In this document: piece by piece, positions 19,257 to 29,057 of the stretch | Layout of the letters: each line of letters starts with the position of its first letter | Position numbering within the stretch: position 1 is the first letter of the stretch | Assembly (NCBI GenBank): GCA_964641245.1 | Contig: CAZXML010000003.1 | Location: forward strand, 17,395 to 81,394 | Source: an uncultured Gammaproteobacteria bacterium | GTDB taxonomy: Bacteria; Patescibacteriota; Patescibacteriia; Magasanikbacterales; GWA2-37-8 | Length of the DNA: 64,000 nt | Direction: 5' to 3' | The notes under the pieces: generated by a model | The model's input: only the letters and a program-made list of their open reading frames with translations | Told to the model about the DNA's origin: nothing | The model's database searches: none | Made by a program: the position numbers and the translations under genes

Positions 19257-20807
19257 TTAAATCAAACTTTTCGCTGTCATTTCCGGTGGCTGTTTTATGC
19301 CCATCATTTTTAAAATAGTGGGAGCAACATTGGCCAGCTTGCCGTCCGGCAATTTAAGAGGCGCCGGCACGCGGCTGTTTATTAGAATAAACGGCACCGG
19401 ATTAAGTGAGTGTTCGGTATCAGGTTCGCCACTTTGCTCCTTTATCATTTCTTCTACATTTCCATGATCCGCAGTGACAACTGCCTGTCCGCCGTGTTTT
19501 GTTAAAACTTTAATTACGCGCGCCATTTCGGCATCGACAATACTTACTCCTTTTTGCGCGGAGGCAAAATTTCCCGTATGCGCCACCATATCCATATTGG
19601 CAAAATTCATGGCAATAAACTCGTATTCACCCGATTCAATGGCGCCAATTGCGTAATCGGCCAGCAGTTTGGCGCTCATCTCCGTATTGTTCTCATAATT
19701 TTTTACTCCCAATGAGGCGATTTTTACCCACTTTTCATTGCAAAAATGCTGCGCGTAACCGCCATTAAAAAAATAAGTAATATGCGCAAATTTTTCCGAT
19801 TCCGCTATGTACATTTGTTTTCTGGGACATAATACTTGCACCAAGCTATTGGTAACATCTCGGCTGGGAAAAGCGGTAAGTACCCCCGGTAAATCCGGGC
19901 CAAAATCACTAAGAGCTACAAAGCGGATATTTTTTGGATACTTTTCTCTTGTAAACGCTCCGGGATTAAGCTCTTTAAAATTTGGCTGCACAAAAACTTT
20001 GGTAATTTGCCGCGCCCGGTCGCTGCGTAAATTAAAAAAGAAAATAGCATCATTGTCTTTTATGGTGGCTACGGGATGATTATTTTCCATAATTACCGTG
20101 GGAGAAACAAATTCGTCCGTGTCTTCGTGATTATAGGCGTTTCTAAGACCGTCTTCAATGCTTGTGGCGCTAAATCCCTTGCCCAAAACCATAGCTTCAT
20201 AAGCTTGCTTGACGCGGTTCCAATCTTTATTTCTGTCCATAGCATAAAAACGGCCCATTACGGTGGCCACTTTTTCATTGCCATGAAAAAATTTTTCCAG
20301 AAGCCGCAAATGCTTGTGCGCTTCGTATTGGCCGGAATCCCGACCGTCCGTAAAAAGATGCAGATAAACCTTTTTTATTTTTTCGAGATGAAATAACTCC
20401 AACAAAGCCTGGAGATGCTCCGGGCAAGAATGCGCGCTGCTATGATTAGATAATAATCCCATTACGTGAACTGCGGTTTTATATTTTTTTACATGATGAA
20501 TCGCTTCGTGGAAGGCGTTATTTTTAAAAAACGTGCCGTCTTCAATTGAGTCGGATATATAAAGCGCGTCTTGTTTTACCACTCTGCCCGCGCCTAAATT
20601 TAAATGACCGGCTTCACTGTTGCCTGCCTGCCCCTTAAACAGCCCGACACTCTCACCGCTGGCCTCCAATTTGCAATTAGGATATTTTTTAAGCGCCCTA
20701 AAATAATTTGGCGCTGTTTTGGGAGTGATTGGATTGCCCGGTTCATGAGGGTTTCCAATTCCCCAACCATCTACAATCATTAAAAGTGTTGTTTTAAATT
20801 TTTTCAT
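19257..20807 (-). CDS. gpmI: 2,3-BPG-independent phosphoglycerate mutase, copy 2
   Basis: DGWG, GNSEAGH, TDGRD, GRFYAMDR, DMVAHTG, ADHGN. Confidence 0.95.
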   Translation of the reverse strand: MKKFKTTLLMIVDGWGIGNPHEPGNPITPKTAPNYFRALKKYPNCKLEASGESVGLFKGQAGNSEAGHLNLGAGRVVKQDALYISDSIEDGTFFKNNAFHEAIHHVKKYKTAVHVMGLLSNHSSAHSCPEHLQALLELFHLEKIKKVYLHLFTDGRDSGQYEAHKHLRLLEKFFHGNEKVATVMGRFYAMDRNKDWNRVKQAYEAMVLGKGFSATSIEDGLRNAYNHEDTDEFVSPTVIMENNHPVATIKDNDAIFFFNLRSDRARQITKVFVQPNFKELNPGAFTREKYPKNIRFVALSDFGPDLPGVLTAFPSRDVTNSLVQVLCPRKQMYIAESEKFAHITYFFNGGYAQHFCNEKWVKIASLGVKNYENNTEMSAKLLADYAIGAIESGEYEFIAMNFANMDMVAHTGNFASAQKGVSIVDAEMARVIKVLTKHGGQAVVTADHGNVEEMIKEQSGEPDTEHSLNPVPFILINSRVPAPLKLPDGKLANVAPTILKMMGIKQPPEMTAKSLI

Positions 20808-20815
20808 AGATTTTA

Positions 20816-22063
20816 TTACATTCCCAGTTCCAGCTCAATTTCCATTAAACGATTATACTTCTCTACTCTTTCGGAACGGGACATGGAGCCCGTTTTGATA
20901 AATTCGGAATTAACGGCTACCGCCAAATCGGCAATAAAAGTATCCGCAGTTTCTCCACTGCGGTGCGAAATAAAAATTTGATAATTGTTCTTGCGGGCTA
21001 AGCTGATGGCGTTTATGGTTTCGGTAAGAGAGCCAATCTGATTAACTTTTATAAGCACGGTATTCGCGACATGCTCGTTTATTCCCCGCTGAATCCGCTC
21101 TACGTTAGTAACAAACAAATCATCGCCGACTAAATTTATTTTTTTGCCCAATTCTTTTGTGAGTAACTGCCAATTCTCCCAATCGTCTTCCGCCAAACCG
21201 TCTTCAATGGAAACAATGGGATATTTTTTTACCCATTGTTTTAGCACCTCTATCATTTTTGCCGGACGCCAGCCTTGTTTTTTACCGAGGAAATAATAAT
21301 TGCCGTGGCGGTAGAATTCCGAAGCAGCCACATCCAGCGCCAAAAAAACATGTTTGCCCGGTTCCCAGCCAGCCAGTTTTATGGCTTCAAGAATTAATTG
21401 GACGCCGCGTTCGTTATTTAACAACTCCGGCGCAAACCCGCCTTCATCGCCAACACCGGTTGAATACCCTTTTTGGCTAAGTAGATTGGCCAGTGAATGA
21501 AAAATTTGCGAACCCATACGAACACGTTCGCGCAATAATTTATGCCTGGGCATTATCATAAACTCCTGAATGGAAAGACCGTTGTCGGCATGGCGTCCGC
21601 CATTTATTATATTCATGCCCAAAACCGGCAAGCGATAATCTTTTTCCGGAATTTTATAAACATGCCGGATGTATTTATAAAGTGGCATATTCATCGCCAT
21701 TGCTCCGGTGCGCGCAACCGCCAAAGATACGGCTAAAATCGCATTGGCGCCCAGTCTGGATTTGGTTTTGGTTCCATCCAGCGCAATCATTGCGTTGTCT
21801 ATTTCCTGGATTTTAGCAACTTCCATTCCGCAAATTGCTTTGGCGATTTCGGTGTTAACATTTTTTACAGCCCGAAGAACACCTTTGCCGCCATAGCGCT
21901 TACCGCCATCCCGCAATTCCAAAGCTTCGTGCGTGCCGGTAGAAGCCCCGGAAGGAACTTTGGCCGCCGCGCTGATGCCATTTTCCAGAACAACTTTCGC
22001 TTCCACTGTCGGATTACCGCGCGAGTCCAGTATTTCACGGGCAACAATTTGTTTAATCTGCAT
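20816..22063 (-). CDS. eno: Enolase
   Basis: [29 protein letters not shown]. Confidence 0.98.
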   Translation of the reverse strand: MQIKQIVAREILDSRGNPTVEAKVVLENGISAAAKVPSGASTGTHEALELRDGGKRYGGKGVLRAVKNVNTEIAKAICGMEVAKIQEIDNAMIALDGTKTKSRLGANAILAVSLAVARTGAMAMNMPLYKYIRHVYKIPEKDYRLPVLGMNIINGGRHADNGLSIQEFMIMPRHKLLRERVRMGSQIFHSLANLLSQKGYSTGVGDEGGFAPELLNNERGVQLILEAIKLAGWEPGKHVFLALDVAASEFYRHGNYYFLGKKQGWRPAKMIEVLKQWVKKYPIVSIEDGLAEDDWENWQLLTKELGKKINLVGDDLFVTNVERIQRGINEHVANTVLIKVNQIGSLTETINAISLARKNNYQIFISHRSGETADTFIADLAVAVNSEFIKTGSMSRSERVEKYNRLMEIELELGM

Positions 22064-22088
22064 AACTTTTAAAAAGTGAATTAAAGTA

Positions 22089-22157
22089 TGTCATGCTGAA
22101 CTCGTTTCAGCATCTACTGTACACTTGATTAGATCCTGAAACAAGTTCAGGATGACA
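22089..22157. repeat. Family A doublet
   Basis: TGTCATGCTGAACTCGTTTCAGCATCT...AGATCCTGAAACAAGTTCAGGATGACA. Confidence 0.95.
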
Positions 22158-22242
22158 TGCGAAGTGTAAAACCTTCAGCCATTATATCACACCACCTTTA
22201 AACAAAAAAGAGCCTTTTTGGGCCCTCTTTTGTATAAAATTT

Positions 22243-23085
22243 TTACTGTATAATTTCGAAAGTAATGCTTACATTCATGGACACATCCTTACTGCCGCCG
22301 GATATTGCGGCCGGGGCAGATACGCCGCCTCCGCCCATTCCTTCCGCGTACATCATTTTAGGCTGATACAAATCATTACCGCCTTCATATTCATTGTAAC
22401 TGACGACTCCGCCCAATCGGACTCCGATAGAATTGGCTAAATGCGCCGCTCTAACCTTTACATCCGCCAACGCTTTATCGCGCGCCTGCGATTTTAAATT
22501 TTCCGGTTCGTCTATTGTAAAACTTAAACCGCTAACTTCGGTGGCTCCGTATTTTCCGGCCAAAGATAGTACCGAGCTAATTTTACCTAAATCTCTAATT
22601 TTTATAGTCAAACTATTGCTGACGCGATAACCCTTCAGCTCTTGCCCTTTATCTTGGGTGTAATTATAATCCGGATAAATAGAGTAATTGCTTTGCATGT
22701 CTTTGTCGGCAATGCCCATCTTTTTTAATTCCGCAAAAATTTGGTCCATTACTTTTTTGTTATCGGCCTGCGCTTGGGCCACATCTTTGCTGGTATTAGA
22801 ATAACCCATAGTGGTGACGGCGATGTCGTTGTTGCCGTTTACTTTGCCAAAACCATTTACCGTAATGGTTCTTTCCATTCGGTCGGCTTTGCCGATAAAA
22901 TTATACTTCTGAACATTGTTGCGAATAAGTGTACCCACATAAAACACCAAATAAACCAACAAGATACCGACAATAGTCATGATTATTTTTTTGGCGAAAT
23001 GATTATGAAAACCATGCCCACCCTTGCCGCAACATGATTTTTCCGTCATTGGTTCCTGTTTAATTCCTCCTGTTGGTAATGCCAT
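22243..23085 (-). CDS. SIMPL/DUF541 domain protein
   Basis: TM anchor, ITVNGFG, YSIYPDY, GYRVSN, AR-KAL; start uncertain. Confidence 0.85.
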   Translation of the reverse strand: MALPTGGIKQEPMTEKSCCGKGGHGFHNHFAKKIIMTIVGILLVYLVFYVGTLIRNNVQKYNFIGKADRMERTITVNGFGKVNGNNDIAVTTMGYSNTSKDVAQAQADNKKVMDQIFAELKKMGIADKDMQSNYSIYPDYNYTQDKGQELKGYRVSNSLTIKIRDLGKISSVLSLAGKYGATEVSGLSFTIDEPENLKSQARDKALADVKVRAAHLANSIGVRLGGVVSYNEYEGGNDLYQPKMMYAEGMGGGGVSAPAAISGGSKDVSMNVSITFEIIQ

Positions 23086-23123
23086 ATGTTTAAAATTAAG
23101 AATTATGAATTTAGGCAATTGGT

Positions 23124-23211
23124 TGTCATTGCGAGGAGCCGTAGCGACGTGGCAATCCCATTGTCGGTACTACCAGTACTTTGGGATTGCTTCGCTAAGC
23201 TCGCAATGACA
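23124..23211. repeat. Family A doublet (ATTGCGAG subtype); overlaps the pgk stop
   Basis: TGTCATTGCGAGG...GCAATCC...GGATTGC...CTCGCAATGACA. Confidence 0.95.
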
Positions 23212-24376
23212 GCGCTTCTATTCCCGGTAATTTCTTCCCACTTAGGTATTCTATCATAGATCCGCCTCCGGTTGAAGCCAGGTCAATATCTCCGATAAGT
23301 CGCAGTTTTTTTAATATTTCTATGGTTTCTCCGCCGCCCGTAACACCAAAGGCTTTTCCTTTTGCCCTGGCGGCAATTAAATGAGCAACGGAATAAGTGC
23401 CATATTCATACGGATGCTGTTCAAAATAACCCACGGCTCCGTTCCAAACCAAGGTTTGCGCTTTTTTTATGTATTTAGAAAATAATTTTATAGTTTTTGG
23501 CCCGATATCAAATATGGATTGGCTTTTATTTCTTAGATTTAAATTTTTAACATCTACCGCGTGCGCCAACTTTCCATCTTTTGTGCCTACTATTACATCT
23601 ACCGGTAAAATCACGCCTCTTTTGGAACAATACTTTAAAATTTCTTTTTTTAAATTTTTATCTACAAATGAACCGCCGACGTTATAACCTTTTGCCCACA
23701 GATAAGTATTTAAAATTCCGCCGCCCACCAAAATATGATTCGCTTTTTTTAACAAACTTTTTAAAACCGGAATTTTGGTTTCTGTTTTTATGCCAGCCAA
23801 AACGACTACAAATGGTTTTCTGGGGCTTTTTAGAACACAACTTAAACCCTCGATTTCTTCTTCCAGCAATAATCCTGCGTAAGACGGCAAATATTTGGTA
23901 ACGCCTGTTACTGAAGCCGCCCAGCGATGAGCAACGGCAAACCCGTCTAACACAAACACATCGGCCAAGCGGGCCAGTTCTTTGGAAAATTGCTCGGAAC
24001 ATTCTTCTTCCCCTTTTACAAAACGGATGTTTTCCAGCATTACTACCGCGCTGGGGAATAATTTCTCTATTTGAATTTTAGCTTTTTTTAAATCTTTAAC
24101 GTCCAGCAATTTAACGTTTTTCTGCAAAAACTTTCCTAACTCGCCCGCTACCGGTTTTAAACTTAATTTTTTATCTACTCCATTTGGCCTGCCCAAATGG
24201 CTGACTAAAATAATCTTAGCGCGTTTTTCCATTAAAAATTTAATGGTCGCCAAGCTTTTTTTTATTTTATAATTATCCAAAACCTTTCCGCCTTTTATTG
24301 GCACATTAAAATCCACGCGCACCAGCACATTTTTATTGGCTAAATTCTTTAGATGTTGAATAGATTTTATTTTCAC
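23195..24376 (-). CDS. pgk: Phosphoglycerate kinase
   Basis: VRVDFNVP, SHLGRP, LENIRF, DIGPKT, STGGGS. Confidence 0.97.
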   Translation of the reverse strand: MKIKSIQHLKNLANKNVLVRVDFNVPIKGGKVLDNYKIKKSLATIKFLMEKRAKIILVSHLGRPNGVDKKLSLKPVAGELGKFLQKNVKLLDVKDLKKAKIQIEKLFPSAVVMLENIRFVKGEEECSEQFSKELARLADVFVLDGFAVAHRWAASVTGVTKYLPSYAGLLLEEEIEGLSCVLKSPRKPFVVVLAGIKTETKIPVLKSLLKKANHILVGGGILNTYLWAKGYNVGGSFVDKNLKKEILKYCSKRGVILPVDVIVGTKDGKLAHAVDVKNLNLRNKSQSIFDIGPKTIKLFSKYIKKAQTLVWNGAVGYFEQHPYEYGTYSVAHLIAARAKGKAFGVTGGGETIEILKKLRLIGDIDLASTGGGSMIEYLSGKKLPGIEALSLRA

Positions 24377-24422
24377 ACAAAGTGAGAGAAATTAAAATTT
24401 ATTTTTATTTCCGAACGTGTAT
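24374..24422 (-). repeat. Family E element at the pgk start
   Basis: Minus strand: ACACGTTCGG, AT-rich hairpin, CTCTCACTTTGTGT; same frame as 48741-48802. Confidence 0.7.
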
Positions 24423-24451
24423 AGAATATACCTTAGTATACCATGAAAAGA

Positions 24452-25483
24452 TTACTCCGTTAAATTTTCATACCCAACCTCATCCGGCCACAAATAATGG
24501 TCAAAAGTCCATTCCGCCAAATCACGCGCTTCGCTGAATCTGGCTTCATTGGTGGCGGCGCCGAATATTACCACCGTGATGCCGTGTTTTTTTTCATTGC
24601 TTAAACTGACAACAAAATTATAGCCGGAGTCGTCTATGTAGCCGGTTTTGCCGGCGATGTTTTCCACTTTAAAATTATTGGGAATCCAGTTTGTTAACAG
24701 CCAGTTGGTTGTCCAAACTCTTCTGAGTTTATTGCCGTTTAGCGGTTGGACGTAATACTCTCCGGTCTGCACAGTGGTAAAAATTTTATCAAATTTTAAA
24801 GCGTCTATGAGCAGTTTGGCCGTATCCAGCGCATTGGCCATATTTTTACCGGATAACCCGGTTGGCTCGCTAAAACGGGCCGACGCCAGACGCAAATCTT
24901 TTGCTTTGGCGTTCATCAAACCGACAAACGCCTCTTTGGAAATTCCGGAATTTCTTACTAGCGCGTTAATAGATGCGTTGGAAGAACCAATTAATGCTAC
25001 ATGCCACAAATCTTCCAAGGTGAATTTTTCGCCCACATTAACATGATGATCCCCGGCCACATCGTCGTCCATAATTACGGTTGTTGACGCCCAATCAACC
25101 GGCAAATCCATTAATACCATGGCGGTCATTAATTTAGTAATGCTGGCCAGTGAACGAACTTCGCCGGTATTTTTACTGAATAAAACAGTTTTTGTTTTGG
25201 TGTCTACCACGATCGCCTCGGCGGCCGTGCTGGAACCGGAAAAAACAACCTTATCTTTTGCCAGAGGAACAGCTGGTTTGCTGGCCGGTAAATTTTCCAG
25301 ATAAACATCCCCGCCGGCCATTACTCTTTTACCGCCTGCCTGGCCGGCAGGCAGGCTGGCGGGAAATTTAAGAAAACTAAGATTATTTCCGGGAGCAAAA
25401 AAAACCGAAGAAAAAAATAACAATAAAACGCCGGCCAGCATTATGCCGAAGGATGATAAAAAATCTGTGACTTTGTTGGACAT
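24452..25483 (-). CDS. D-alanyl-D-alanine carboxypeptidase/endopeptidase (peptidase S11)
   Basis: ASITK (SxxK), SSN (SxN), GKTG; N-terminal TM. Confidence 0.92.
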   Translation of the reverse strand: MSNKVTDFLSSFGIMLAGVLLLFFSSVFFAPGNNLSFLKFPASLPAGQAGGKRVMAGGDVYLENLPASKPAVPLAKDKVVFSGSSTAAEAIVVDTKTKTVLFSKNTGEVRSLASITKLMTAMVLMDLPVDWASTTVIMDDDVAGDHHVNVGEKFTLEDLWHVALIGSSNASINALVRNSGISKEAFVGLMNAKAKDLRLASARFSEPTGLSGKNMANALDTAKLLIDALKFDKIFTTVQTGEYYVQPLNGNKLRRVWTTNWLLTNWIPNNFKVENIAGKTGYIDDSGYNFVVSLSNEKKHGITVVIFGAATNEARFSEARDLAEWTFDHYLWPDEVGYENLTE

Positions 25484-25498
25484 ACTTTTCGCGCGGTT

Positions 25499-25559
25499 TG
25501 TCATGCTGAACTTGTTTCAGCATCTTTCGTGTAGATCCTGAAACAAGTTCAGGATGACA
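25499..25559. repeat. Family A doublet
   Basis: TGTCATGCTGAACTTGTTTCAGCATCT...AGATCCTGAAACAAGTTCAGGATGACA. Confidence 0.95.
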
Positions 25560-25562
25560 GTA

Positions 25563-26132
25563 TTATTCTAAATCTAAATTTGTGATATACGGGTGTTTGT
25601 GCAATTCCGGGTAATTCGGCAATTCTTCCAAACTATTTAAACCCAGATGCCTTAGATAATCCATGGTAACTTCGTACGCCGGCAAGAGGTTGGCGCTGTC
25701 TTCGTTTTCTTTTACCAAACCACGCAACATTAAATTGCGTAAAATAAGACTGCAATTTACCCCGCGGATTTGTTCCAGTTCCGGCTTGGTGATTGGCCCG
25801 CAATAGGAAACTACCGTTAAAGTTTCCAGCTGCGGCCTGGTTAACTCTCCCGAAACTTCTGCTTTCAAAAAATTCTCGGATACTTCTTTATTGTCCGCGC
25901 TGGCCACCATTTGCCACTCGTCTCCGTTTTGTAAAACAGTTACACCGGAATCTTCGTTATTATATTTTAATTGTATCTCTTTTAATAATTCCAACACTTC
26001 TTCTTCGCGGTTTTTGCCGCCCCGAGGCGGCACCCCGCCCGCCGGCGGTGGCAAAACAACCACTATTTTTTTTACGGATAAAGGTTTGGAAGCGACAAAT
26101 AATATGGATTCAATTTTTGATTTATTGGACAT
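25563..26132 (-). CDS. scpB: Segregation/condensation protein B with a palindrome-derived insert
   Basis: IESILF, LETL-VSY-PIT-EQIRGVN, LEELP. Confidence 0.95.
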   Translation of the reverse strand: MSNKSKIESILFVASKPLSVKKIVVVLPPPAGGVPPRGGKNREEEVLELLKEIQLKYNNEDSGVTVLQNGDEWQMVASADNKEVSENFLKAEVSGELTRPQLETLTVVSYCGPITKPELEQIRGVNCSLILRNLMLRGLVKENEDSANLLPAYEVTMDYLRHLGLNSLEELPNYPELHKHPYITNLDLE

Positions 26133-26133
26133 G

Positions 26134-26826
26134 CTAGTTTTTAGTAACTAATAAATCTTCAAACGCGTTTACCTGCCGGAAACGAACCGATTGCTGTTTG
26201 ACTAATTCCAGAATGGCTAAAAAACTGACTATGACTTCGGTTTTATTTTGCGCCGAGGACAGCAAATTTTTAAAGCTGAATTCTTTTCCGCTTTTTAATA
26301 ACTCACGGATGGAGTCTATTTTTTGCTTGATGGAAATAGAATGATCGATGCTTACCTTTGGCAACGGCTCCAGCGGTTTTAAGCGGTTAAGCAGAAAAAC
26401 CATGGAGTTGTACAAATTATTCGTAGTGGCATTGACCGGTAAAACAAATTCTTTAGACTTTATCGGCGGCTCAATTCTGCCGTAAGCAATTTTATTGGCC
26501 TCCCACAAACTATTTACGGTCTTACTGGCCTCTACATACTGTTTGTATAATTTTAACTGATCCGCCAGCCCCGGACCAGTATCCTCTTCTTCGGGAAACG
26601 CGTACTGCAACAAGCTATGCGATTTTAAATAAATAAGCCGGGCGGCAACAACCAAAAAATCTGCCAGTTCTTCGGGACGATTTTTTTCCAGCTTGTCTAA
26701 ATAGGAAAAAAACTGCTCGGTAACTTTGGCTAAGGCAATTTCGGTGATGCTTAACTTTTCCTGATCAACCAGTTGCAACAATAAATCCAAAGGCCCTTCA
26801 AATTTTTCCAGTTTTAGTTCTTGCAT
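26134..26826 (-). CDS. scpA: Segregation/condensation protein A
   Basis: FEGPLDLLL, FLVVAARL-KS, FLAILEL. Confidence 0.95.
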   Translation of the reverse strand: MQELKLEKFEGPLDLLLQLVDQEKLSITEIALAKVTEQFFSYLDKLEKNRPEELADFLVVAARLIYLKSHSLLQYAFPEEEDTGPGLADQLKLYKQYVEASKTVNSLWEANKIAYGRIEPPIKSKEFVLPVNATTNNLYNSMVFLLNRLKPLEPLPKVSIDHSISIKQKIDSIRELLKSGKEFSFKNLLSSAQNKTEVIVSFLAILELVKQQSVRFRQVNAFEDLLVTKN

Positions 26827-26838
26827 ATAACTTACTTT

Positions 26839-26910
26839 TGTCATCCTGAACTTGTTTCAGGATCTTTCGAATCTGACGGCGATAGATGCTGAAACAAGTT
26901 CAGCATGACA
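26839..26910. repeat. Family A doublet
   Basis: TGTCATCCTGAACTTGTTTCAGGATCT...AGATGCTGAAACAAGTTCAGCATGACA. Confidence 0.95.
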
Positions 26911-26921
26911 ACTACCTTGCC

Positions 26922-28307
26922 TTATTCTGCTAATCGTATATGCACATCTTTTAGCGCCTGCGCCGGCAACTCCGACGGCGCGCTCATCATTAAATCTCTG
27001 GCATCACCTGTTTTTGGGAAGGCCATTACCTCGCGGATATTTTCTTCACCCTGCAAAATCGCAATTATTCTGTCTAAGCCCAAAGCAATGCCTCCGTGCG
27101 GTGGCGGACCAAAAGTAAATGCTTCAAGAATATGCCCAAAACGTGATTGTATTTCCGCTTCCGATAAACCCAGCAATTCAAAAACTTTTTTCTGCAATTC
27201 TCTTTCAAAAATTCTTAAACTACCGCCGCCGATTTCAAAACCGTTCAGCACAATATCGTAGGCCGCGGCTCTGGCTTGCGTGGGTTCGCTGTCCAACAAA
27301 CTTAAATCGTCATTGTTTGGCCTGGTAAACGGATGATGCACGGCGCCCAAATTTCCGTCTTTGTCTTTTTCAAACATGGGGAAATCTACCACCCAGCCGA
27401 AGGCCAGATTGTTGGCATCATTGTTTTTTCTTAAATCCGGTTTGTCGTTGCCGTATTTTTCCATAGCTTCCTTATAGGTAAGCCGGGGAAACGGACGCTC
27501 CTGAATTTGCAGATGAGGAAATTGTTCTTCCACCAGGGCTATCATGGCTTTTTCGATTAACTGCATGATGTCTTCCTGGGAAATAAAAGACATTTCCACA
27601 TCAAATTGAGTGAATTCCGGCTGACGGTCGCCACGCTGGTCTTCGTCGCGGAAACAGCGGGCCACCTGAAAATATTTTTCCATTCCCGCCACCATTAACA
27701 ATTGTTTAAATTGCTGGGGAGATTGCGGCAAGACATAAAAATTATACTTGTGCAAACGGGACGGCACAATAAATTCGCGCGCGCCTTCGGGAGTGCCTTT
27801 GGTAAGGCTGGGAGTTTCTATTTCCAAAAAATCCTTCTTGGAAAAATAATTTCGTAAAAATAAAATCAAATCATGGCGGACTTTGATATTTTTTTGCAAA
27901 CGCTGGGAACGCAAATCCAAATAGCGGTATTTTAACCGCATTTCTTCGTTTATAACTTTGGTATCTGTACTGACATCAAACGGCATGGCCTCGGACTCGG
28001 TTAAAACTTTCATGGCCTTGGCCAAAATTTCCACATTGCCGGTGGCCATTTCCGGATTTTTTTGCTTGGCCCCGCGTTCTTGCACTATTCCTTTTATTTC
28101 CACGCAATATTCCAAGCGGGTTTTTTTAACATCCTCATTGGAAGTTTCATCCATTTCATTTGGCACGCAAACCACCTGCACAATCCCCGACCGGTCGCGC
28201 AAATCAAAAAAAGTAATCTTGCTCATATTCCGCCGGGCATTTACCCAGCCTTTAAGCAAAACTTCCTCGCCTATTTTATTTACCGTTTCGGTTGCGTTTG
28301 TTTTCAT
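26922..28307 (-). CDS. aspS: Aspartate--tRNA ligase (short form without the GAD domain)
   Basis: RYLDLR, PEGAREF, QSPQQFKQ, DRQPEFTQ, HHPFT, PPHGG. Confidence 0.96.
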   Translation of the reverse strand: MKTNATETVNKIGEEVLLKGWVNARRNMSKITFFDLRDRSGIVQVVCVPNEMDETSNEDVKKTRLEYCVEIKGIVQERGAKQKNPEMATGNVEILAKAMKVLTESEAMPFDVSTDTKVINEEMRLKYRYLDLRSQRLQKNIKVRHDLILFLRNYFSKKDFLEIETPSLTKGTPEGAREFIVPSRLHKYNFYVLPQSPQQFKQLLMVAGMEKYFQVARCFRDEDQRGDRQPEFTQFDVEMSFISQEDIMQLIEKAMIALVEEQFPHLQIQERPFPRLTYKEAMEKYGNDKPDLRKNNDANNLAFGWVVDFPMFEKDKDGNLGAVHHPFTRPNNDDLSLLDSEPTQARAAAYDIVLNGFEIGGGSLRIFERELQKKVFELLGLSEAEIQSRFGHILEAFTFGPPPHGGIALGLDRIIAILQGEENIREVMAFPKTGDARDLMMSAPSELPAQALKDVHIRLAE

Positions 28308-28390
28308 ACTTATACACTTGACAAATGTTTAATTATACTGTATTCTATATTCAGAATTCATATTTAAAAGCACCTCTTAATGGTTCGTCC

Positions 28391-28885
28391 TTAAGCGGTG
28401 TTTTTTCTTTTATACTCCAATTTTCGCCTTAAATTATCCATAAATACAATCTTTTCACAGGCAGATTTCTTCAGCAGTGTTGAACAAGTTTCCTTATATG
28501 GACTCATCACCGCGCCAAGCCTGCCTTTTTGATATAAGAAATTAACTAAACTGTAAAAATCGCCGTCACTTGTTATAATTACTGCCTTATCAAAATGATT
28601 TTCATAATAATCAATCATGCTTTGCAAAACTAAATCTGCATCTATATTCCCTTTATGAGAGCCGTCTTTATGGGGCAGTACCGGTTTAAATTTTAAAACA
28701 TAACCCGCCTTTTGTAAACTATCATATAGATCCTGATTTTGGGGTATGTAGCCAATGAATAGATAAGCAATTTCGACTTTATACTTATCCTTTAAGTATA
28801 CTCTAAATCTTTTAAAATCAAGATTCCAACCCAAACTTTGAACACCAAGATTTAAATTTTGGCTATCAATAAACGCGTAATTCAT
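28391..28885 (-). CDS. NYN (LabA/DUF88) domain PIN-fold ribonuclease-like protein
   Basis: FIDSQNL, KGNID, TSDGDF. Confidence 0.9.
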   Translation of the reverse strand: MNYAFIDSQNLNLGVQSLGWNLDFKRFRVYLKDKYKVEIAYLFIGYIPQNQDLYDSLQKAGYVLKFKPVLPHKDGSHKGNIDADLVLQSMIDYYENHFDKAVIITSDGDFYSLVNFLYQKGRLGAVMSPYKETCSTLLKKSACEKIVFMDNLRRKLEYKRKNTA

Positions 28886-29057
28886 ACTGCTATAAATAGA
28901 TTATTACTGCCTCAAGCCACCACCACAAAGCGCAAATAGACAGCTCTGCCCGCATAATTTTATCTGGCAACTAATACTATAATACCTCAACTTGGTTTAC
29001 TTTTGAAATTGCTAAAGTGTCCGAGAATCAAAGTATCAAGAATCAAAGCACAAAGTA

